Of a stretch of DNA of 64,000 nt, positions 27,184 to 39,000 are shown piece after piece. The notes beneath the pieces are model-generated. The model saw only the letters and a list, made by a program, of their open reading frames with translations. It was not told the DNA's origin and ran no database searches. Positions within the stretch are counted from its first letter, which is position 1; each line of letters opens with the position of its first letter. A program made the translations under genes and the position numbers. This DNA is from Catajapyx aquilonaris (Eukaryota). The stretch is taken from contig JYFJ02001606.1 in assembly GCA_000934665.2 (NCBI GenBank), forward strand, positions 1-64,000, given 5' to 3'.

Positions 27184-28216
27184 ATGAAGACGCCCAAAGC
27201 AGCGGTCGGTTTGGTCCTCCTTGGTACCACAGTAGTCCAAGGGTCTTTCTTGCCATCCAAGAGCGATGCATACCTCAACAGCATCAGCAACCAGCAGCCT
27301 ATTGACCCCTACCACTACGACGACCATCACCACCAGTATCAGCACCAGCAACAGCAACAGCACCAGCACCAGTACCAGCTGCAGAAGGGTGCCAGTGCGA
27401 CAGCCCCTCCGACGACCCTGACAGGATATGGACCACCGTCGATGCCTCAGCCTCATCAGGAAGAGACATGGTACGGAAAGGTTGCTTCCAGACTTGGGGT
27501 CAGTCCAATGGTGCCCATCTTCCTGCTGCCTCTGATCACCGTCGCTGGATTGATGATGGTGCATGCGCCGACAACAGAGGTACCGGTACAATCCGATGGT
27601 AACGAGCAGGAGAAGATATTGGTCCAGGCACAGCTGCAACAACACAGCCAGATTCGACGACGACGTCAGTTAGGTACCGTATGACTATTTTACTGTTTCA
27701 AAGTGTAGAAAGTGACGTCACATGCACTAATCTGACATCCTAATTAATTATTAAATTAAATTATGGTCACGACGTCACAGTTCCAAATCGGCAAGGGTTA
27801 CGTCACGCACAATTAAAATGGCGATCGTGACGTCATGTATTACCAAAATGGGGCTCATTACAGATTACGCAGTGAATGACATAGAACCATACGACTCAGA
27901 GGAAGACTGCGTGCACCGCATTGTGTGCGAGATAGGAGAGTTGGCTTATGGCATACGAGGGACGAACTTCTTGGTGAGGTGAGTGAGCATACCTGGTGCA
28001 TGACTCGCTTGGTTTGTACCCTCCTGACCTTCTGAGCGAACTGACCTGAATAGTCTCGTCCCCTGTGCTTCTTCCAGATTGGTGGCCAAATGGGCTCCCG
28101 CGTCGCTCATGCCCTACGTGGAGACATTTGCGCGTTCCTCCACATCTACAGAAGGCGGCGGCTGCCATAAAATCTTCTGCGCCTTCATGCCTGCAAGAAA
28201 CACCGAACTCATGTAA
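27184..28216 (+). CDS. Paralogue B: uncharacterised signal-peptide protein with His/Gln repeats, hydrophobic segment and C-terminal 4-Cys domain (~247 aa)
   Basis: Exons 27184-27673, 27864-27978, 28078-28216 are in frame. Signal peptide MKTPKAAVGLVLLGTTVVQG; hydrophobic MVPIFLLPLITVAGLMMV; RRRR; CVHRIVCEIG...CHKIFC. TATA-like TTTAAATA near 27103, TCATT Inr-like near 27130 and AATAAA near 28283. Confidence 0.87.
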
Positions 28217-31200
28217 TCCACAGAAAACCCAACTATAATTTATTTTTTCATATTTATTCAACTATTTATTTCTGCCACTGTCAATAAAGAGCCAGTAATT
28301 CACTCTCTTTCTTATTCTCCCAAAATTACGCCAGAAATGTGAGCTAAGTCTGTGCCTCTGTTTGTCCGCGGTGAGTCATCAGTATAGTGTGCAGAGAGGT
28401 AGGATGCGCCATCTATGTACGACACTGTCGAGGAGACAAAGTTTTGGTAAAGGGTTCAAGTAATAAACAAACATTTTAGGTGACATCTGAAGCTGTTCAA
28501 AGGTTAATCATAAGCAGCTTTGTCACACCTGAGTTGGAACACAAGATGCTCCCATAGCAACGAAATTGCAAGTCTATTGGACTGTGCATGATCGGGATTA
28601 CTCTCACTCTCTCACAGACTGTTTTTATTCTGCCAAGTCAGACCTAATGTTCATTCATTCACCTGCTGCGGATGTTACTGTAAAGCAGCTCACGAGTGCA
28701 TCCTTTTTGTCATGGTGGGTTGGTCATGGTATTGTCATTCAGGTGGGGAAAAAGACGAGAGAGAACCTCCCAAGTACTTGCTGCACGACACAATATAAGT
28801 GTCGCAAAGTGGGGCAAAAAGCTGATGCCGTTGCATGATTTAAAGGCAAGAGGAAACAACACAGAATAAAACTTCCTTCCAAAAACGTTTTCCCTGTCCT
28901 TGACCCAAAGGTTTTTTTTCCACCCTGTATTTTCTCTCCTGTTCCTTTTAATGGATACCACGAAAAAAAAGTACCGTTAATCGAGGTCCATTCGTAGGTC
29001 AATATAAGAGAGCTCGGGATGGAAAAATCTATAGGTTTCCCATTAAATTGAACTTAACACACTCTAGTAAAAAAGTAATTTTCAAGATTATGGACTTGAC
29101 CTTTTAATGTTGATCGGCCCGGTCCGTTTACGTCGTTTCAACGTGTGTGACAATATGTCACTTTTCAAGTGTGCCAGTGACCTGTACTGCACAGTATGAA
29201 AACCAGGTGAGGCCATTAGCACACTTTTGTATGGACCAGATGGGAACATTTTCGGGGGCAAATGTATTTTTTAAAGGAATGGAAAGGGAAGATTGGACGA
29301 AAGAGAAGGTGTCCCACAAATACTTTTGAAAATAATAATTAATTGCTTAATTTACAGTGAAGCCATTCTTTCCCAAACGGTACGGTCTTTCAATAACTTT
29401 TGTTGTACAAAATGGAACCTGCTAAGAATGGAAAATATTTGGAGTGCCAGATTTCAGGAAATTTTAATTTGCTGAATTATTATTTGTTAATTTCTTAATA
29501 TAATTACTGATAACTTACCTTACTATTATTTGCTTATAACTAAGACTCATTTCATAACTTACTTAAATATTCTTGTGTCATCAATTTATTGCATTATGTT
29601 GTCTATAACTCTTAGCACTATTAAATTATATTTCTTTGCTGTTATTTAGGTTATTATTAACATTGTTGGTGACATTGCCCTTATTTCTTCTTTTAACATT
29701 TAATATATTTGTTTATTGACATGTTTATTAAATTATTTCAAAAGTGCATTTATATCCGTTTATTTCCCACTTGATCCCACACAGTTGCTCCAGTTAGACA
29801 GGAAAGGAACGGTTCGGCAAAAACTGGTCTCAGCCCGTCTGACATGATAATCACCATCATTACCAAGCCTATTCATGTGACGTCAGGTTCTACCCATCCC
29901 AATTCACACACACACATAACCTTTGGATTATGCAGAGTATGATGTGGGGTGAGGGAAACAAGAAAATGTTGAACCCTGTCTATACCACCAGCAGGTATAA
30001 GTTTAACGATGCAAAACTTTGCGCCTAATTATTTCCTGCCTCAAGAAGAGAGAAGTCCCAGCACGAAACCGAACCTTGGCCTATTTTCCACAGTATACCA
30101 AAGCAATTGGCTTTCAAAGTTTCCAAGGCATGTTAAAACCGCCTAGTGACAAAAGGGCCTCTCCCCCATTTTGACGAGTCGATTTTCAAGTAGGCCATGG
30201 AACTGCTGCCTGTCCTCCAAACAAACTATCCTCCGATGCTGCTACTTGCCAGTGAGCCTTTTAACTAGTCGGGATAGTAAACTTTCCTGCGGGAATCCGC
30301 AACACCGGTGGAAGGAAGAAGGAGAACAGGATGCACAACTTCCAAATGCCTGACTGCTGTTTGACTCACCTGCTACCATTTACATGCGACTTGATTGCCT
30401 CCATTCAGAGCGACATCAAACCCCTTCAAGCAGTGCCTCTCGCAAACAGACAAGTTCAAACAGAATTAAGTGTGGAATTAAATGGTCGCATTATTTTTTT
30501 TGTGAGGTTTTCCTGAAATGGTGACCTTATTGGACAGGTTCCACCATTTTGATACACTCCTGACATCCTCAGCACAGTTACTGTGTTGTACTTCCTGCTG
30601 TGCTAAAGGTCGAAAGGTGAATTAATATATGGACAGACTATCGCATTCCATTGGAAGACCTGAAATTTTAAAATGGCCCGAGTCCAATAAGAATGATTGT
30701 GAAATGTGAAGCTTTGTAGGTTTTTTCCTGACCACCCTGTATATAATTAGTTAAAAATTGCGGAGAAAATACGAGCAATTCATGTGTAACTCTCGTAGAA
30801 ATTCTACTTCTTCTATGTTACCGCGTATTTATGATATTGCATGTTATGCCCTCCCGTCAAGACCCTTGGTCTTACTTAGCACTGGATGGAAAATAAATAA
30901 ATAAAATGAATAGGATATTGCATGTTATGGTACTGGTCAGTTAATGGTCAAATTATTGAATGTAACGATTAGTGAGTTATCTCAACAGGGCTTCGATATC
31001 GGTATATTCAGGGACAATAAACTTTTAAATAAAATGCTCCTGTAAAGGGAAAACAATAAATGAAAACAATAAATAAAAACGCTAAATAAATAATATTGAA
31101 AATCACACATAAAATAAACACAGGGAAAGCTGCTCAACTGTATATTTTCATTACACTTGTATATAAATAATAACGGTACATCACATAATACAATAATAAT

Positions 31201-31846
31201 AAGAGTATTGTCTCAGCCTCTTTCTCTCTCCAGAGAAAGACGAATCAAAGTGGACAACACATTGATCGCCTGGGATTGAGGTCTGGTCACCGGGAATGCT
31301 TCTCCCTTGTTTGCATTGCACGCTACACATACGCTGACCCACATATACACACACGCTTTTGTACTAGTAATACTAAAATAGTCATGTCCAGTCTCGATAC
31401 GAAGGCTACATGCCTATCGCATGTCGACACTGGACTGATGACGGCCCTATCAAGGATTTCTTGCTTCCAAAAGTAATATTGGCATCCCTGATAAATCATA
31501 TTCCTATAAATCATAATGAAACGGTAATAATAAATGAATGGTAAAGTCATTTTCTTTATTTCCAGTTGAAGTTCATTAAAATCGTGAAAACAGCCAGTTT
31601 ATTTTGATATGAAATGTCAGCTTCGATTTCATTTGATAAATTAATGGCAGGGGTACCAATATTACATATTAATAAAGATTGTCCTTTTAACATTAATTAA
31701 TCAGTCTTAACGCTCCAAGTGCGGATGTTGGTCACATCCAATACTATAAACTACACATATGAGGTATTTGCGTTGTATAGATTATTTTAAATAAAAGTTT
31801 ATGAATACACAATAAAAAAATAAATGGATGACGAAAGATGGTGAAA

Positions 31847-32858
31847 TCAGTTCTTCTTGCTGTACTTTTCGATGGCGTCTGTCACCAAGGTTGTCAGACG
31901 CGCAATACGCTCAGGGGTTGCCACCTCCTTCAAAGCTCGAGCATTTACCTGTAGGTCAGAAAACGCATCGTCTCATGAATTTTATTTTATTTTCTTTGCT
32001 GTTTCTCGTGAACACTCCACTAACTAGCCCACAAAACTTGCGTGAGTTGCGCCACGTTACGGCTGCCAGGATTCACACACCCTTTACGAGTTTACGGTAA
32101 CGTGGCACACATGAGAAAAGAACCATTGCTTTAAGATGTATAGATTAGATACGAGCCCCCCATACTTAAGCTGGACTTGTCATTTACACGGCAAGGAGTG
32201 AACTGGACCCGGTCCACTAAATTTGGTTCTAGGAACAGTGACCCAGAGACACAACCCTCGACATGAATCGTTCCTAACCTAACCTAACTTGCTTTTCTCG
32301 TTTCCATGTGAATGACCCATTGAGATGAAATTTCTGTCGATCAGTGATCTATCCTTAGGACGTCATAACTATCCCGTTCTTGCCCACACTAACGAGAAAG
32401 GAACTGACCTGGACCAAGTTCGGATACAGGCCGATGACCACTCCTACCACGACGATCACTCCAATGACGGCCACGGCCAAGGCGATGTCAGTCATGCCCC
32501 ATCTGCTCCAGGACGAACCCAGGTCAAATCCATTGCCAAAAGTGGAAGTGCTCCAGCTATTAGCACTACCAGGATAGCCATTGGCATCTTTGACCGGATA
32601 GTAATAATAGTAGTATCCTTGTTGACCTGCTGCGTTTTGAGCGGCCGTGGTTGAGCTGTAGCCAAAGTCTTTGTCTGCAGCCTGTTGGGGCTGCTGGGGC
32701 TGCTGGGGACTGAAGCCCATGGGCGAGTTGGGACCAGGGGCGGCCCCGGGTTGGGGTGAGGATGGGGAGAACTGTTGGGCTGGGGATTGGTTCTGGAAGT
32801 TCTCTCCGGATGCCCAGGATAGGAGGGCAACCAGTACGACGACAAAAAGAGTCTTCAT
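31847..32858 (-). CDS. Paralogue C: uncharacterised signal-peptide protein with Gln/Pro-rich region, GYYYYYYPV motif, TM segment and short helical tail (~183 aa, no Cys domain)
   Basis: Exons 32409-32858 and 31847-31948 (phase 0). Signal peptide MKTLFVVVLVALLSWASG; QGYYYYYYPVK; TM IALAVAVIGVIVVVGVVIGL; tail VNARALKEVATPERIARLTTLVTDAIEKYSKKN*. The ATG is immediately preceded by an acceptor (CCAG|C ATG). Confidence 0.88.
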
Positions 32859-33402
32859 GCTGGTGGTGAAAGCACCAAATAAAAAATTTAAAATGTTACC
32901 AAATAATTTTACATAAAATTTTGCTAAGATAACAGCTGCATGACACGTACACACAATTTAAATATCGCCCCAAAAACAAGTCTGACGATGGAAAACTCCA
33001 TATCTCTCAAGATTGGAAGCTCAAAGTCCGTCACCAAAATGTCACAATAATATCGGGCAAATTACAAGGACCAGGGTTCGAAAAATTGGCAACGAAATAT
33101 TGTACACCTACATTTTTTTAATCCCCCCAAAAATGTGAAGCACTCATTGAGGGTACCGCTAGTTATGCAAGCATTTCATTGCAAAAAAATGGCACAGTCA
33201 ACCTATTCACAATGTTCCGCTACATGCAGAAATCCTCCCTGCCCATTATATTGACTTCCACTCCCAAGCCCATTCTTATGCGAATATTGCTTTATCAGTT
33301 TCCTGCGAATCTTTTTTCAGACTATGACCTAACCCAATTCCAGTACACAACCCCACTGATAATCACTATACCACACCATACAAAGTACAACAAAAAAATT
33401 GG

Positions 33403-33491
33403 GCTTACCTTTCAGAGTATGGAGACTACTGGAGGCTCGGATGAAACAGGGCTAACTGAGAGGTATGGAGGGACAACCCAGGGTTTTTCTA
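33403..33491 (-). promoter_or_regulatory. Candidate promoter and non-coding first exon of paralogue C
   Basis: Minus-strand Inr TCAGTT (33459-33454), TATA-like TAGAAAAA about 30 nt upstream and donor AAG|GTAAGC at 33408. These match the acceptor just before the ATG at 32858. Confidence 0.55.
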
Positions 33492-34234
33492 CCCTCGGAA
33501 TTTTTTGAGGGTTGGGTAAGGTGAGGTGGGTAAGGTGGGGGGTGATGAATAAGAAGGGGAGAGCTGACCATGAACCTTGAGGGTTCCTCTTGTTTACCAC
33601 CCTGCGCAATCTTTTCTACCTGCTGGAGTTGGCCTTCGCCTTTCTGTTCTGGAGAGTGACAAAAAACCTTCTAGGAGACTCCAAAAGCATGCTTTCAGAG
33701 AAGAGGAAAATAAAAGGAACATTGTGCTGTCCCTTGGCCAATAACAATCTGGGTGCCGGGACAACTGAGATGGTCAGATGAGGTCAATGTCACGACAAAA
33801 AATTGGTATAGAGTATTCTACCAATGTAACTAGATTTCAACATTTTTCAAGTGTTCCTTGCCGGTGTCCTATTTATAATTATCATGGGAATACAAATACA
33901 TCCATCAAATTTAAAATTTAAACAAGTTTTTAGATAACCCAAATCAGAGATTTGACCTAGAGAAACTACAGGTTTGATTGTGATCAAATGTTCCAATATT
34001 TCTTAATATTCTATCGTGCTGGGCTTGGGCTCTTAATTGGGTGTTGAAACAATTAATTTCTAGAATTGGCTTCATGTATGATGTTGCCATCAGTTGTTTT
34101 TTTGTCACAATAAGTACAGCGTTGGATTGAAAGTGACTTAATCAAATACAGTAATATAGTGTTTGGCTCAATATCAGTTATTTTTAGCGCAAGTTGATTT
34201 TGTTCTTATTGGCTTTTTATAATTTGTTATTTTA

Positions 34235-34280
34235 TTGAGACTATTGCTTATCACTTTCAAGTGATAAGCAATAATCTCAA
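34235..34280. repeat. 46-bp palindrome
   Basis: TTGAGACTATTGCTTATCACTT-TC-AAGTGATAAGCAATAATCTCAA; arms match 21/22. Confidence 0.85.
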
Positions 34281-35997
34281 GCGTGGAAATTCACATAGTT
34301 TTGTTACTAATTCAATAAAATTATGAAACATTGGCACTACATTTTTGTAATCACACATACACTAGTTTTAGGCTCAATTTTTCTCAATTTTTGTCACATT
34401 TTCTAGCCGATTGTTGACATTTCAAGTGAAGAACCCTTCTCAGTTGTGACCTTTTCTTTTTCTAAAATCACTCATTTGCTTTTGATAATCACTTCCAAAC
34501 TTTTTGAGCATACATTCTGTTGGAAATGTTTTAGTCAACATTGTAGTTAGACAGGAAATGTCCATCATTATCATTTAATACATCCTAATTTCCGCAGACA
34601 GGTATCATGACTGATGTCAGTGCTTTTGCTACATACTCGCACATGTACACCGTCATTCATAAGGTAATAACTAGGCCACCTTCGGAACTTAAACACCTGA
34701 TGCACCCAAAGGCGTTAATGCGGAAATCACGGAGTCACGAAATAAACAACGGCATTTTTTTTCTCCCCTCTCGTAACATGTTCTCTTGATTCATTATACG
34801 GTTATTACTATTGACGTGCTTGCCTGTGTAATGCAGGGCAATGAAAACATTTTAAAAAAGCATTTCGAAAATAACTTGCCACGCTCCCCATTGTGCAAAA
34901 ATGCGAGCTCACCTTGTAATTGGCTCATTAGTCCGCCAATTATACTCTAACATATATTTTTATTAGCCTATAGCCTAGGACACTCTCATTGTACTGAAAA
35001 GCAAAGCGGATGTTAGCAAAAAATATGTTCAGCATTTTATCACAACAACCGGACCCTTTACACAGTTTTAATTTACCAGACCCTTTGTGTTTCTAAATCC
35101 GAGTGACTATCTGGACATGGGAAAACAGTTTCCATCCCAAAAGTGATATCAAAAATTAATCTGGGCTCCAGGCGATATCGAGCGTGTTTGCTTCAAAAGA
35201 CTATACAGTAGGAAAGAAAATGAAGCGTATAATCACATTAATTTCATGTTACGCCGCCACCAGCACTATCATTATCTGAATGGCAAATCAACTAGAATTA
35301 CTACCAATGACTATTCATCCTCAATAAATGGCTATCAATAAATAGAAGTATGACGCATTTTCCAAGTAATATCCAAATTCTATTTTCAGCTATTGATGTA
35401 TTATAGACACATATTTTTGCAATTAATGATTGTGACATAAATGCTACAATTTATTGCAAAACCTGTTGCCATATTGCTCCAATGACCCACTGAACGTTTA
35501 CCCCACACACCCGTTTTTTTTCTTCCAAAATTCAGAAGAAGAAAAAAAAATTACCGTTCACCTTCTGACGAAATATGGCCACATATAGTGAGTCGTATTT
35601 TGGCAACCAAATAGCCTTGAAATCTCGCACATTTTCTCTCTACCACCTTTTGGTCAAGGCCGCATCGCGAGGGAAGTGACCTCCATTCTAGGTCACGGGC
35701 AAGTTCCGTCCTCTCACCACCAGGGATTAAATTTTTTTGTTGTTGTTGTTGTCTTCCTTAGAACATGCCTCGAAGCCTTCCGGGAGGCGGAGAGATATGA
35801 AACACCTTCATAGAAAATTGTTATATGCATGTTGAGGGAAGATGACTGGTTGGTGGAGCTATGGCTATTCCGTAAAATTCGTTTTCTAGAGCGACTCCTT
35901 TCCACGTGGGTGCAAGGAAAAAACCTCTTTGGAGGAGAGGTGTAAGGAGGGTGGGAGGTGGGGGTGGATATGTAGGAGGGGTCAAAAAACCGGTGCT

Positions 35998-36096
35998 TAT
36001 AAAACAACCTGAGAGACCTCGCGCACGGCCAGTTAAGGTCAAAACCTTGTGCCTAGTTGGTCGGATTTTGTTACATATCAGAGGGCAAAGGTAAGT
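35998..36096 (+). promoter_or_regulatory. Candidate TATA/Inr promoter and short non-coding first exon (probably of paralogue D)
   Basis: TATAAAA at 35998-36004, Inr-like CCAGTT at 36029-36034 and consensus donor AAG|GTAAGT at 36091. No ATG lies in the putative exon. Linkage to the acceptor at 47100 is inferred. Confidence 0.55.
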
Positions 36097-39000
36097 CTTC
36101 TTATTTACTAGTTTGAGAGAAAATATCTGAGTGATCTTCTATGGTGGGTTGACTTGGGAGGACCATTTGAGTCATGTTGAGCGGTCGTCCCTGACCTTCT
36201 TGGGGGGTGTCCCTTTTTTTTGCTTTCATTTCTTACCTGTCTAATTTCCCTCTCACCTTCCCCTCTCAGCTATTTTTAGAGTAGGACTAACGGGATGTTC
36301 GGAGATTACATAATGTTTTTGTTGGGAGGAACCCTTAGGAGAAAGGATTGCGACTGAATGGGAGTTTGGTTTTTTTGGAGTGATAGAGGAATTTTATTAA
36401 TTAACAATAGGAGCGTAAATAATTCGACGAGAAACTATTTTCTTGGGTAATGTTAAGGACTAGTTACATTTGTTAAAAATAATTCTCAGGAGAATGAGTG
36501 GAAATGAATTTTTTTTATTACTTAGATTTTCTAAAGTGTCCAAGAATTTTTATCAATTTAAAATCTTCACGAGGGTACTTGTTCATACATGTTGTATACA
36601 TAATGTAGCTTCCACGAGAATGAACAACTTCACATATTAGTCATGAACTTCTGCGTTAATCATGATTATTGTTGTCAACATATATCTACTCGTATATATT
36701 AAGCTTAACTGCATAATCGTCTTAAATACATTTTTAAAATTTATTGTATACCGGTACGGATTATTGGAAGAGGTGATTATTCATCAAGCTCGTGGCCCAA
36801 TTGTACTGTACCAAAGTAAAATTTTACAAATGTGGCTAGTACAGTATATCTAATTACATAAACTGAAACAATACTTTAATTTGCGTTACCGGTAATGCTA
36901 CTAGGTCCATGTCAATTCGCGTTATTATTGTAACCAGAATGAACCCCAACCATTTGAAAAATAAGGTACGTTTTCATTACCAAATTTGGAGGCACTTTAA
37001 AATATTAATTGCTTAGGCTTTAAACTAGTACACTTACAGCACATGTTTGACCAAAGCGTTATAAAAATATAGCTAGTTTTATATTCAAACATTCGTGCAT
37101 TTAATGTTTTTAAGAGTACTTACGTATACTAAACTTAACCAAATCACATCACTCGCGTTAAAGTCACTTTAAAAACTATCACATCTAATATATTCATTAT
37201 TCATAGTCACTACCAAGAATGGAATTTAAATAAAAACATTCGTTAGATGTTTGACAAAATCGTGAAAAATATAGATAAATCTACATTCATCGTTAATATA
37301 TTGTACTGGTATTAAAAAGTATTCTCGAAAATTCGAACCACACTAGAATAGACCGCAATTTAAGTCCGAGCTGCACGTCGTGATTTATGCAACTCAATTA
37401 ATCCAAAGGCACAGTGCGTCCATCATGGCGCAAAATACGAATCGTCACTTCCTTTTCCTTGAGCAAGCCTGTATGGCCCAGATTAAAAAGTTTGTAATTA
37501 ACGTACAACTCAGGTGGTTAAATTCGCCCCTAAATAATTGTGCAAAAATTCTGATTGCTCGTGGGAGGTCAGACCTTGCACTTTTTTTTCCCTACAGTTC
37601 GAAGCACTCTTTTCCTGTCGTGCCGACAACAATAATCCTCAACAACTTAATGGTCGCCATTAGCATGTATCCGAGCCGTAAGGTCACGACGATTTGTTTT
37701 TCATGGCCAATTTCTTCCGTATACCAAACGGCCAAGGAATGTCTATGACCTGTAGAAAAAACAAAAATCAAACGGTAACTTCCCCCAATAAATAATGCAT
37801 GAGACGGAAGACGGAAAAGTTCTTTTGCCAAGTGTACCATATTCATAAAAACTTTCTTTTCGAAACAATGCAAAATACCGGTTCTTATTTGTAACGAACT
37901 CTCAATTTATGTGGTGTTAAATAGTTGGTGTGTAGTAGTTAATATGATGTACAGAGAGTGGGTTGAATCGAAACCCCCCTCCCACGCCACGTCGATATCT
38001 ATCATAAAGCTCCGATATCATGGGTTAGAATCAGATAGGATCACGTGGGATGATCCGGGGGAATTTACGGCCATCTTGTCAAAGGTTTTTAAAAAACTGA
38101 CTCCCACGCAGAAAAATATCGCTTTTCGACTGTGGGCGGTTGGGTGGATAACTTACACGGATTATTAAAATAAGCTTGATTAGGTTCTGTGAGGTATTAT
38201 GTGGCAGCATCACATTATTAGCGGTTTGTGCGGGGGAGATTGGCGAAAAATCGGTACCTGCAATATGAAGCTAGAAAATAATAATAGTTTCTAAATAAGT
38301 CACTTAGGTAGAGATTCACGACGTAAAAGCGAGAAAAATAATTGTCAGATTCTGTATACATTTTTCCGTACATAACAGAAGCCAGTTTCGTATATATGAG
38401 CCAAAATTGACAGAAATTCTATGATTAGGTTCATTTTTAAAAATTTGCAATTAATATGGGTTCATATAAACGGGCATTAAATCATCAATTTCAGTCTTAT
38501 GCTCTTTTGCTAATATTGAATGTAATTACTGCACATGCTGCCGCCAAAATGATGCAGTGATTATTCACATAGGTTCGGTTGTATGAACATTAAATTATTA
38601 AGCCGAACACATATCTCCGATTGTGGTTAGGCATCGGAATACATAACCAGAGATTTTTAGTTCAATTAATTGGGGAATTGGTGAGCTTTTCGACCAATTC
38701 TGTCACCATACAGGGGATGTCACTGACATCTCGATCATAATGCAGTATAATATTCAATGCTAATTATTAGCATAACAATAGTACAGCATAATATCTGACA
38801 GTCAATGTCACATAAAGCATTATTATTATTATGATCATCGAGGCATGTTTGTACCACGAATTAGCTTCCATTTATCGTATTCTAAAATCAACAGTTTTTT
38901 TTACTCCAAATCTCAAAGGAAGATTCGACTCCTGTGAGAGGTTTTACTTACCAAATAGAAAAAAAGTACTCAAAAAGCGAGACTGTTCCACGCGAAGCAA

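Noticed and set aside
27133..27645. 170-aa minus-strand ORF with poly-L/V
   Set aside because: Antisense of the CAG/CAC-rich exon of paralogue B.
30734..30744. Tc1/mariner-like end CACCCTGTATA (also TACGAGGG near 26172)
   Set aside because: No partner TIR or transposase remnant was found.
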